DNA of 27,363 nucleotides from a bacterium (GTDB lineage Bacteria; Oederibacteriota; JAJYGY01): NCBI GenBank assembly GCA_021790555.1, contig JAJYGY010000071.1, positions 1 to 27,363 of the forward strand, read 5' to 3'. Shown piece by piece: positions 9,053 to 16,999 of this stretch (position 1 is its first letter; each line of letters starts with the position of its first letter). The notes under the pieces were generated by a model. It saw only the letters and a program-made list of their open reading frames with translations, ran no database searches and was not told where the DNA came from. The position numbers and the translations under genes were made by a program.

Positions 9053-9076
9053 GGGGCCCCGGGACGGAGGGAGGGT

Positions 9077-10141
9077 TTATTTCGCGCCCAGCAGCTGGTT
9101 GAGGGCCGACGCGTCGGAGGTGGTGGCCAGGGCGGTTTCGCGCGTGATGGTCTGCGAACGCACCAGGTCGCGCAGGTGCATCTCCAGGGTCTGCATGCCC
9201 TGGGCCGAACCGGACTGGATGGCCGAGGGGATCTGGAAGATCTTGCCCTCGCGGATGAGGTTGCGGATGGCGGGGGTGGAAACCAGGACCTCCATCACCA
9301 GGGCCCTGCCGCCGCCCTGCTTTTCCACCAGGGTCTGCGAAATGACGCCTTCCAGCACGGTGGCCAGCTGGCTGCGCACCTGGTTCTGCTGGTGCGCGGG
9401 GAAGACGTCGATGACGCGGTCGATGGTCTGGGCCGCCGAGGTGGTGTGCAGGGTGGCGAAGACCAGGTGGCCGGTCTCGGCGGCCGTGATGGCCGCGCCC
9501 ACGGTCTCGATGTCGCGCAGCTCGCCGATGAGGATGACGTCGGGGTCCTGGCGCAGCACCCGTTTGAGGGCGGCGCCGAAGGACATGGTGTCGGCGCCCA
9601 CCTCGCGCTGGTTCAGGATGGACTTCTTGTCCTGGTGCACGAACTCGATGGGGTCCTCGATGGTGACGATGTGGCAGGACTCGTTCTCGTTGATGTGGTT
9701 GACCATGGCCGCCAGGGTGGTCGACTTGCCCGAACCCGTGGGCCCTGTCACCAGCACCATGCCGCGGGGCTTGTCGGCCAGGTCGGCGCAGATCTGCGGA
9801 AGGCCCAGCTCGGCCAGGCTCTTGACCCGGATGGGGATGACGCGGATGACCATGCCGACGTTGCCGCGCTGCAGCAGCACGTTGACGCGGAAACGGGCCT
9901 TGTCGGTGGAGTAGGAGCAGTCCAGCTCCCTTTCCTTGTTGAACTGGTCGCGCTGCTCCTGGTCGATCATGGACAGGGCCAGGGCCCGGGTGTCCTCCGG
10001 GCCCAGGGGGGCCATGTCGGGGCCGGGAGACAGGTGCCCGTGCACGCGGAACATGGGGGGGCAGCCCACCTTGATGTGCATGTCCGAGGCGTCGATCTGG
10101 AGCATGTGGTCCAGGAGCTGGTTGATGGAATTCGCGGGCAT
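9077..10141 (-). CDS. pilT: Type IV pilus retraction ATPase PilT
   Basis: Walker [10 protein letters not shown], Asp box TIEDPIE, Walker [16 protein letters not shown], His box [19 protein letters not shown] motif. Confidence 0.93.
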   Translation of the reverse strand: MPANSINQLLDHMLQIDASDMHIKVGCPPMFRVHGHLSPGPDMAPLGPEDTRALALSMIDQEQRDQFNKERELDCSYSTDKARFRVNVLLQRGNVGMVIRVIPIRVKSLAELGLPQICADLADKPRGMVLVTGPTGSGKSTTLAAMVNHINENESCHIVTIEDPIEFVHQDKKSILNQREVGADTMSFGAALKRVLRQDPDVILIGELRDIETVGAAITAAETGHLVFATLHTTSAAQTIDRVIDVFPAHQQNQVRSQLATVLEGVISQTLVEKQGGGRALVMEVLVSTPAIRNLIREGKIFQIPSAIQSGSAQGMQTLEMHLRDLVRSQTITRETALATTSDASALNQLLGAK

Positions 10142-10227
10142 GGGGCTCCCGAAGAGGGTGTTCTGGGGCGGGCCGCGCGAGGGCTTGTTTCGGCGGCCCG
10201 CCGGTGCCGGATCCGCAGGGCAGAAGC

Positions 10228-10255
10228 ATTATACGGATTCCCCCAGGGTTGGGAA
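10228..10255 (-). promoter_or_regulatory. Putative pilT promoter
   Basis: Minus strand TTCCCA (10255-10250), 16 nt, perfect TATAAT (10233-10228). Confidence 0.5.
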
Positions 10256-10305
10256 GCGCCGTATTGGTGGCTTCGCGCGGGGATTCAATTGAGACGGGAG
10301 AACGA

Positions 10306-11358
10306 ATGGAAAAGATCCTGGTGACGGGTTCCTCGGGCCTGATCGGGTCGGAAGTCTGCTCCTACCTGGACCACCTGGGCCTGGAGGTGCACGGCGTGGA
10401 CAACAACAACCGGGCCCTGTTCTTCGGGCCCTCCGGGGACACCCGCTGGAACCAGCGCCGCCTGCAGGCCGAGCTGAAGGGGTTCGTCCACCACGAGGTG
10501 GACGTGCGCGACCGGGCCCAGGTGCTGAAGCTCATCGAGGAACTGAAGCCCTCCGGGGTCGTGCACACGGCGGCCCAGCCCTCCCACGACCTGGCCGCCC
10601 GCATGCCCTTCGAGGACTTCGACACCAACGCAGGCGGCACCCTCAACCTGCTGGAGGCCGTGCGGCGCTTCTGCCCGGATTCGCCCTTCGTCTACATGTC
10701 CACCAACAAGGTCTACGGCGACGCCCCCAACGAGCTTCCCCTGAAGGAGCTGGAGACGCGCTGGGAATACGCCCAGCCCGGCGATTTCGGCGGCATCCGC
10801 GAGGACATGCGCATCGACCGGTCCAAGCACTCCCTTTTCGGCGCCTCCAAGGTGGCGGCCGACGTGATGGTGCAGGAATACGGACGCTACTTCGGCATGA
10901 AGACCTGCTGCCTGCGCGGGGGCTGCCTGACAGGCCCCAACCATTCCGGCGTGGAGCTGCACGGGTTCTTGAGCTACCTGGTGAAGTGCAACCTGGAGGG
11001 GAAAAAGTACACCGTCTACGGCTACAAGGGCAAGCAGGTGCGCGACAACATCCACGCCCTGGACGTGGCCCGCTTCATCCACGCCTTTTTGATGGCCCCC
11101 CGCAGCGGCGAGGTCTACAACCTGGGCGGCGGCAGGGACAACAGCTGCTCCATCTGGGAGGCCTTCCGCATGGCCGAGGAGGTGTCGGGGAAGAAAATGG
11201 TGTATGAATACGTGGACAGGAACCGCGAGGGCGACCACATCTGCTACATCAGCGACCTGACCAAGATGAAGCAGCACTATCCTTCCTGGGGCCTGACCAA
11301 GAGCCTGAAGGACATCTTCGGGGAGATCCACCGCGCCTGGGTGGAAAGGCGGGCCTGA
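10306..11358 (+). CDS. Extended SDR, NAD-dependent epimerase/dehydratase (CDP-paratose/tyvelose 2-epimerase-like)
   Basis: [51 protein letters not shown] 10306 follows GGGAG. Confidence 0.88.
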   Translation: MEKILVTGSSGLIGSEVCSYLDHLGLEVHGVDNNNRALFFGPSGDTRWNQRRLQAELKGFVHHEVDVRDRAQVLKLIEELKPSGVVHTAAQPSHDLAARMPFEDFDTNAGGTLNLLEAVRRFCPDSPFVYMSTNKVYGDAPNELPLKELETRWEYAQPGDFGGIREDMRIDRSKHSLFGASKVAADVMVQEYGRYFGMKTCCLRGGCLTGPNHSGVELHGFLSYLVKCNLEGKKYTVYGYKGKQVRDNIHALDVARFIHAFLMAPRSGEVYNLGGGRDNSCSIWEAFRMAEEVSGKKMVYEYVDRNREGDHICYISDLTKMKQHYPSWGLTKSLKDIFGEIHRAWVERRA

Positions 11359-11365
11359 AGCCCGG

Positions 11366-11446
11366 CGCCTGGTCTACGAAATCGACGATCCAGGCAAGAC
11401 CGTCGTGGTCGTGAAGATCGGCCACCGCCGGGAAGTCTGCCAGTAA
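11366..11446 (+). pseudogene. C-terminal relic of a RelE/ParE-family toxin gene
   Basis: Intergenic frame reads RLVYEIDDPGKTVVVVKIGHRREVCQ*, matching the RelE C-terminal pattern YRIVYEIDD..V.V..IGHRREVY. There is no start codon after the in-frame stop at 11306-11308. Confidence 0.75.
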
Positions 11447-11450
11447 CCTC

Positions 11451-12461
11451 CTACAGCCACCCCCTCTCCCTGTACCAGTCCCGGGCCCTCCCCAAAATCT
11501 CGTCGAAACCCCGGAAGCGGTAGCCCAGCTCCCGGCGCGCCTTGTCCGACGAAAAATAGCCGTAGTAATCGATGAGCTGGTGGGCCTTCGCCCGGGTGAA
11601 CAGGGGAGGCTTGCCGGTGACGCCGGAGAGGGCCTCGAAGCCCAGCCCGGCCACGGACACGAAGGCGTGCCCGATCTTGAAAAGGGGCCGGCGCCCGCCC
11701 GTCAGCCGGGCGATCCGCTCCAGGGTGTCGCGCATGGAGACGTTCTCGCCGGCCAGGATGTAGCGCTGCCCGGGACGTCCCTTCTCCCAGGCCAGCAGGT
11801 GGCCTTCGGCCACGTCCTCCACGTCCGTGTAGCTGTGCCCGCCGTCGAAGTACACCGGGGTGCCCTTTTTCATGGCCAGCAGGATGAAGGCGTTGGAGGG
11901 CGTGGGCGTGTAGTCCCCCGCCCCCAGCACCGTGCCCGGGTTCACCGCCACCATCCAGAGACCCGACCCGGCGGCCAGGTCCCAGGCCAGGCGCTCGCTC
12001 CCGGCCTTGGAAGCCACGTAGGCGTCGATGGGCGCCTGGTTCCAGGCGGCCTCGTCCAGCACCTGGTCGCTTCGGCGGCTGCAGCCCATGGCCGCCACCG
12101 AGCTGGTGTATACGATCCTGGGCCTGGGCTCCTGCCCGGCCGCAAGTTCCATCAGGTTGCGCGTGCCCTCAAGGGCCGTGCGCTCCATCAGGGCCTCGTC
12201 CACCTGTCGGGTCTTGAAGACCGCGGCCAGGTGGAAGACCGTGGCGCAGCCCCGCATCGCGGCGCCGAAAGTCTCCCTGTCCAGCACGTCGCCCAAGGCC
12301 GGTTCCAGGCCCGGCAGCAGGTTTCCCGACGCGTCCTTCAGACCTGCCAGGCTGGACGAAGGGCGCACCAGGGCGCGCACGGACACCCCGCGCGCCAGCA
12401 GCTTTCGCGCCACCGCGCCCCCGAGATGCCCGGACGCGCCGGTGACCAGGACCTTTTCCAT
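11451..12461 (-). CDS. Extended SDR, NAD-dependent epimerase/dehydratase (HpnA / dihydroflavonol-reductase-like)
   Basis: VLVTGASGHLG, VRALVR, VFHLAA, YTSSVA, YVASK (YxxxK), VNPGTVLG, DVEDVAEGH, G.RYIL. Start ATG 12461 after GGAAGG. Confidence 0.88.
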   Translation of the reverse strand: MEKVLVTGASGHLGGAVARKLLARGVSVRALVRPSSSLAGLKDASGNLLPGLEPALGDVLDRETFGAAMRGCATVFHLAAVFKTRQVDEALMERTALEGTRNLMELAAGQEPRPRIVYTSSVAAMGCSRRSDQVLDEAAWNQAPIDAYVASKAGSERLAWDLAAGSGLWMVAVNPGTVLGAGDYTPTPSNAFILLAMKKGTPVYFDGGHSYTDVEDVAEGHLLAWEKGRPGQRYILAGENVSMRDTLERIARLTGGRRPLFKIGHAFVSVAGLGFEALSGVTGKPPLFTRAKAHQLIDYYGYFSSDKARRELGYRFRGFDEILGRARDWYRERGWL

Positions 12462-12473
12462 CCTTCCCCCAAC

Positions 12474-12500
12474 AAAAAAGGGCGCCCCGGGAGGCGCCCT
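12474..12500 (-). terminator. Intrinsic terminator after the radical SAM gene
   Basis: Minus strand AGGGCGCC-TCCCGG-GGCGCCC followed by TTTTTT. Confidence 0.75.
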
Positions 12501-12522
12501 CGTGTCCATTCCGGGGCCGCCG

Positions 12523-14010
12523 TCAGATCTTCAGGGCCTCCTGCTTGGGCTGCTTGACGCTGAAGTCGGTCAGGTGCCCGATCACCCTTCCGGCCGCCAT
12601 GGCCAGGAACTTGACGTCCTCCAGGTTGCGGATGCTGGCCAGCTTGCGCAGCACGAAGCGCGGGGTCAGGAAGGACTTGTAGATGCCCTGGGTGAGCTTG
12701 AGGATCTCCTCGTACTTCACCCCCTCCATCAGCTTCATCACCGGCTCGCGCATGTCGAAGCGGTTGTAGTCCTCGGTGAGCAGCCATCCCTTCTCCTTGG
12801 CCTCCCGGTACAGGGGCGTGCCGGGATAGGGGATGACGATGGTGGCCTGCAGGGTGTCGATGTAGCCCTTCTCGAAAAGTCCCTTGGTGAGGTTGATGGT
12901 GTTCTCGGCGTCCCGCTTGGTCTCCCAGGGGTAGCCCACCATGCAGGTCACGTGGGGCTGCAGGCCGGCCTTCTTGGCCATGCGCATGGTGTCCTCGATC
13001 TCCTCCACCGTGCCGCCCTTCAGCAGCCGGTCCAGGGTCTGCTGGTTGGCCGATTCCACCCCGAAGAGCACGAAGCGGAAGTTGGCCTTGCCCATCAGGT
13101 CCCAGTGCTCCTGCTTGAGGATGCCCGGCTTCATGTTGCAGCCGTAGACCACCTTCTTGTGCAGGCCCCGGTCGATGAGGCCCTGGCAGAACTTGCGCAG
13201 CCAGCCGCCCGCCGGGAAGGTGCCCGAATCGTCGAAGATCTCGCGCACGCCGTAGCGCTTCACCAGCATCTCCACCTCGTCCAGGTGCCTCTCGGGCGTG
13301 ACGCTGCGGAAGTTGTTGAAGGTGGTGGTCCAGGAGCAGAAGGTGCACTTGCCCCACCAGCAGTCGCGCCCGGCCATCTGGTAGGTTCCCGGGGTGTACT
13401 TGAAGTTTCCGTTCTCGGTGGAGTACAGCTCCCAGCGCGTCAGCTCGCGGTCGATGAAGGGGTTGTCGTTCAGGTTCTTCTCCAGCTTGAAGGTGCCGGA
13501 GTTCCTCACCACCCCCTCCTTGGGGTCCTTCCAGTAGACCCCGCCCTCCAGGGCCTCGCCCTTGGAGAGGTGGTTGGCCAGGTTGAGCAGCGACCAGTCG
13601 AAATCGCCGCCCGTGACCACGAAATCCACCGGGCAGTGTTCGAAGGCCTCCTCGGGAAAGGCCGTGACGTGGTCGCCCATCAGCACCGTGACGCAGCCGG
13701 GACGCAGTTTCTTCAGGGCCGACACCCATTCCCAGTAGAACTTGATGACCGGGGTCTTGGCTTCGATGGCGATCAGGTCCGGCTTTTCGCGGTCGAAAAA
13801 GAGCTTGAAGTCGTCGGTGCCCATCTGCATGGCCACGCCGTCGCCCCAGACCACGTCGTAGCCCCGCTCCTTAAGCAGGCTGGCGGCGTAGGCCGGCACC
13901 ACGGGGTAGATGAAGGTGGGCCGGTTGAACCACTGGAACTGCCGGTTCTGCGAGATCAAGGGCACGCCCTTTTCGCTGGGAATGGGCGGATAAGAAATCA
14001 TGACTTTCAT
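12523..14010 (-). CDS. B12-binding domain radical SAM protein (HpnJ/BchE-like architecture)
   Basis: N-terminal Rossmann-like cobalamin domain (YAASLL..G.DV, G.HVTA.P), CWWGKCTFC cluster motif, EIFDDSGTF, FGVES. GGAGG precedes ATG 14010. Confidence 0.88.
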   Translation of the reverse strand: MKVMISYPPIPSEKGVPLISQNRQFQWFNRPTFIYPVVPAYAASLLKERGYDVVWGDGVAMQMGTDDFKLFFDREKPDLIAIEAKTPVIKFYWEWVSALKKLRPGCVTVLMGDHVTAFPEEAFEHCPVDFVVTGGDFDWSLLNLANHLSKGEALEGGVYWKDPKEGVVRNSGTFKLEKNLNDNPFIDRELTRWELYSTENGNFKYTPGTYQMAGRDCWWGKCTFCSWTTTFNNFRSVTPERHLDEVEMLVKRYGVREIFDDSGTFPAGGWLRKFCQGLIDRGLHKKVVYGCNMKPGILKQEHWDLMGKANFRFVLFGVESANQQTLDRLLKGGTVEEIEDTMRMAKKAGLQPHVTCMVGYPWETKRDAENTINLTKGLFEKGYIDTLQATIVIPYPGTPLYREAKEKGWLLTEDYNRFDMREPVMKLMEGVKYEEILKLTQGIYKSFLTPRFVLRKLASIRNLEDVKFLAMAAGRVIGHLTDFSVKQPKQEALKI

Positions 14011-14070
14011 GGAAACCTCCTTGGTCCCGCGCACGTCGTAAAGAAGTGACTTTTCGACTGATCCATTAAA

Positions 14071-14098
14071 ATCTTATCCTAAATCAAGTGAATTGCAA
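14071..14098 (-). promoter_or_regulatory. Putative promoter of the radical SAM gene
   Basis: Minus strand TTGCAA (14098-14093), 16 nt, TAAGAT (14076-14071) in an AT-rich intergenic patch. A perfect TTGACA also lies at 14112-14107 without a good -10. Confidence 0.4.
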
Positions 14099-14174
14099 TC
14101 TTTTTCTGTCAACTATTTTGTCCGATTTTAGCGGACGAGGACCCCTTTCCCCCATGGCCGGGTCCAAACACCGC

Positions 14175-14203
14175 TTGACTTTGCCAGCCGGCCTGCCTAT
14201 AGT
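14175..14203 (+). promoter_or_regulatory. sigma70-type promoter for the Thr/Pro-rich protein and PorV paralog 2
   Basis: TTGACT (14175-14180), 17 nt, TATAGT (14198-14203). Confidence 0.75.
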
Positions 14204-14275
14204 CAACGCCATTGTTTTTTGCCGGCTTTCCCGCTTTTGCGGCGATTTCGCGGCATTTTGGCGCGAGGAGATGTT

Positions 14276-15307
14276 TTGAAATTCAGCAAACCCGCACTGA
14301 CGGCGTTGTGCCTGGCGGCCTTCTGGACGGTCCAAGCCGGGGCGTGGGCGGACACCCCCACCTTCACCCCGACTTCGACCCAGACGGCCAGCCCCAGCGC
14401 GACCCAGACCCCGAGCTTTTCGGCCTCGCCCACCATCACGGTCTCCCCCACGGCCACGCCCTCGGCCCAGGCCGGCGCGGGCGAAGGCAGCTACACGACC
14501 AACCCGGACACCCTGATCACCGGCACCCAGAACAACACCCTGGTCCTCTCCTACGTGACGGGCGCGGACGGCGTCTCCTCCACGGGTGGAGTGGTGAATT
14601 TCACCTTCCCCTACGGCTTCGGGGTCCCCAGCCAGAACAGCTTCTACCTCTCCCCCACCAACACGGCCCAGCCCCGCCTCAGCTACAGCTATTCGGGCCT
14701 GGACGTCACCGTGCGGATCCTGGACCCCCTGGCCCCCTACACTTCCCTGATGTTCTGGTACGGCTTCAACCCCGGCGGCTTCACCTTGAGCGCGGTGACG
14801 CCCACGGCCAGCTTCCTGGTTTCCAGCAACGCCTTCAGCACGGACCCGTCCAGCGCCTACGCCCTGGCGGTCCAGCCGACCATCGCCATCATCGCGCCGA
14901 CGCCGACCATCACCCCGACCTTCTCCGCCTCGCCCACGATCTCGCCCACCTTCACGATCTCCCCCACGTCCACCAACACGCCGACCGTGACGCCGACCTT
15001 CACCGAGACGCCCCTGGGGCCGTCCATCTCCAGCGGCTGCTACAGCTACCCCAATCCCTTCGACCTGCGCGACTACGACAAGGTGACCTTCCGCTTCCCT
15101 CCGGACACCAACGTGCACCTGCAGGTCTACAACCTGGTGGGCGAGCCCGTGGCCACGCTGCCCGGCAGCGCCATCCAGGACCAGCAGGGGTGGGCCGTGT
15201 GGAACGGCAGGGACGACTACGGCCGCCAGGTCAGCGGGGGCCTCTACTTCTACCGGGTCAAGGGCGACAACCACACCTGGGTCGGAAAGTTCACGGTGCT
15301 GCACTGA
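14276..15307 (+). CDS. Secreted Thr/Pro/Ser-repeat protein with C-terminal T9SS type A CTD / FlgD-Ig-like domain
   Basis: GAGGAG then TTG 14276, signal peptide ending AWA, two S/T-P-T-x-T-x tracts, and a tail YPNPF..VYNLVGE.V..WNGRDDYG..V.GGLYFY..KFTVL. Confidence 0.82.
   Translation: MKFSKPALTALCLAAFWTVQAGAWADTPTFTPTSTQTASPSATQTPSFSASPTITVSPTATPSAQAGAGEGSYTTNPDTLITGTQNNTLVLSYVTGADGVSSTGGVVNFTFPYGFGVPSQNSFYLSPTNTAQPRLSYSYSGLDVTVRILDPLAPYTSLMFWYGFNPGGFTLSAVTPTASFLVSSNAFSTDPSSAYALAVQPTIAIIAPTPTITPTFSASPTISPTFTISPTSTNTPTVTPTFTETPLGPSISSGCYSYPNPFDLRDYDKVTFRFPPDTNVHLQVYNLVGEPVATLPGSAIQDQQGWAVWNGRDDYGRQVSGGLYFYRVKGDNHTWVGKFTVLH
14354..14464 (+). repeat. Coding S/T-P-T-x-T-x repeat tract 1
   Basis: TPTFTP TSTQTA SPSATQ TPSFSA SPTITV SPTATP. 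Confidence 0.85.
14897..15013 (+). repeat. Coding S/T-P-T-x-T-x repeat tract 2
   Basis: PTPTITPTFSASPTISPTFTISPTSTNTPTVTPTFTETP. Confidence 0.85.
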
Positions 15308-15320
15308 GGCGCCGTTCAGC

Positions 15321-16283
15321 ATGGGTGGAACCTTGAAATCACCGCTTCATCGACTTCTGATCGCCTGCCTGTTGGGGCTCCTGGCCGGTCCGGCCGGCCT
15401 GCTGGCCGACGGAAACTACGGCTCGGCCGCCACCTCGGGCACGTCGTTCAAGCTGGGGCTGGGCGCGCGTCCTGCCGCCATGGGCGGGGCCTACCTGGCC
15501 CTGGCCAAGGGGGCCGACTCGCTGTACTGGAACCCGGCCGGCCTGACCCAGCTGCGCGACATCCAGGCCAGCTTCGACCATCTTTCCTGGTTCCAGGGCG
15601 TCAACGACGAGGCCGTGCAGTACGGCCAGCCGCTCTACAACCTCAATTCGGCCTTCGGCCTGGGCCTGAGCTACCTCTACGCCACGGACATCAGCCGCGA
15701 CAACTGGGGCAACCCCGGCCCCAGCTTCACCGACTTCGACTTCTCCGCCCAGGCCGCCTACGCCATGAGCGTCACCGACGACCTCTCCCTGGGGATGACC
15801 TACAAGATCATCCGCCAGGGCTACGCCAGCGCCTTTTCCATGGGCTCGGGCTTCGACTTCGGCATGCAGTACCTGCACTTCCTCAACCAGCCCCTGCGGC
15901 TGGGCCTGGGCATGTTCAACGTGGGAACGCCCCTGTCCCTGGGCAGCTCCCTGGCCCTGCTCCCCTGGACCCTCAAGGGAGGCCTGGCCTGGACCCCGGC
16001 CCCGCGCCTGAACCTGGAGGCCGACTATTCCTACCAGCCCCTGGACTACTTCAGCGAGGTCAGCGTGGGCGGTGAGTACACCTGGAGGGCCGACCCCTTC
16101 CTGGCCACGCTGCGGGCCGGCTACCTCATCGGGCCGCAGAACGCCCTGGGCCTCCTGGCGGGCGCCAGCGTCGGGCTGGGGCTGGGCTGGCATTCCTACC
16201 AGCTGGACTACGCCCTGGTCCCCTACGGCGACCTGGGCCTGACCCACCGCATCACCCTCACCTACACCTTCGGTTCCGACTGA
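15321..16283 (+). CDS. PorV/PorQ-family outer-membrane beta-barrel, paralog 2
   Basis: Signal peptide, FKLGLGARPAAMGGAYLAL...SLYWNPAGL, SWFQG, LRAGY, LDYALVPYGDLGLTHRITLTYTF. Confidence 0.85.
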   Translation: MGGTLKSPLHRLLIACLLGLLAGPAGLLADGNYGSAATSGTSFKLGLGARPAAMGGAYLALAKGADSLYWNPAGLTQLRDIQASFDHLSWFQGVNDEAVQYGQPLYNLNSAFGLGLSYLYATDISRDNWGNPGPSFTDFDFSAQAAYAMSVTDDLSLGMTYKIIRQGYASAFSMGSGFDFGMQYLHFLNQPLRLGLGMFNVGTPLSLGSSLALLPWTLKGGLAWTPAPRLNLEADYSYQPLDYFSEVSVGGEYTWRADPFLATLRAGYLIGPQNALGLLAGASVGLGLGWHSYQLDYALVPYGDLGLTHRITLTYTFGSD

Positions 16284-16329
16284 GCCTCCCCGCTTCCCCG
16301 CTTATTCGAGTTTGAAAGCCGGCCTCTTG

Positions 16330-16338
16330 TGGTAAACT
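16330..16338 (+). promoter_or_regulatory. Extended -10 promoter candidate for the cNMP gene
   Basis: TG-G-TAAACT; TTGAAA lies at 16312-16317 with a short 15-nt spacer. Confidence 0.45.
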
Positions 16339-16390
16339 TGGCTGCGCGGCCCCCCTGGGGCGGCCCAACCGATCCGCCGTGAGGAGTGCC

Positions 16391-16993
16391 ATGAAACGCA
16401 GCGCCAGCGCCCCCCAAAAGAGGAAATCCCCGGGCGGGGACACCCAGGCCCTGTTGAAACAGCTGCGGGAACTCACCCGCAAGGTGGAGTCCCTGCTGGC
16501 CTCGGGCCGCCCGCCCGCGCCTCCCGTCGCCCGGCCCGCCGCGCGCGGCCGCGCCGGGGCGGATGGCGGATCCGGCCAGGCCTTCGGCTGGCTCAACGAC
16601 CGGGATTTCGAGAGCCTCGCCTCCCTGTGCCAGGCCAGGAGCCTGCGGGCCGGCCAGGCGCTCTTCGCCGAGGGCGAGGCCGGGGAGGAGCTCTACCTGC
16701 TGCGCGAGGGCCTGCTGGAGATCTTCAAGAAGGACTTCCTGGGGGACCTGAGGATCGCCGAGATCCGGCCCGGAGGCATGGTGGGGGAGATGGCCCTCAT
16801 CGAGGGCAAGCCCCGCTCGGCCAACGTGCGCGCGGCCCTGGACTGCGAGGTCCTGGCCCTCAGCCGCGACCACTACCTGGAACTGAAGGCGCGGCATCCC
16901 GAGGTGGCCATCAAGCTCCAGGACGAGCTGCTCCTGGTGCTGTCCAACCGCCTGCGCGACACCACCGAGAAAATGATGGGGAAGCTGATCTAA
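16391..16993 (+). CDS. Stand-alone cyclic nucleotide-binding (Crp-like cNMP) domain protein
   Basis: LFAEGEAGEELYLLREG, GEMALIEGKPRSANVRA phosphate-binding cassette, no HTH. GAGGAG precedes ATG 16391. Confidence 0.88.
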   Translation: MKRSASAPQKRKSPGGDTQALLKQLRELTRKVESLLASGRPPAPPVARPAARGRAGADGGSGQAFGWLNDRDFESLASLCQARSLRAGQALFAEGEAGEELYLLREGLLEIFKKDFLGDLRIAEIRPGGMVGEMALIEGKPRSANVRAALDCEVLALSRDHYLELKARHPEVAIKLQDELLLVLSNRLRDTTEKMMGKLI

Positions 16994-16999
16994 GACGGG

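Noticed and set aside
11451-14010. Hopanoid biosynthesis cluster (hpnA/hpnJ)
   Set aside because: Only family-level resemblance; no squalene-hopene cyclase, hpnC/D/E or hpnH in the window.
14354-15013. Possible CRISPR array or DNA tandem repeat
   Set aside because: The periodicity is at the amino-acid level with diverged codons. There are no identical 25-40 nt repeats with spacers and no cas genes.
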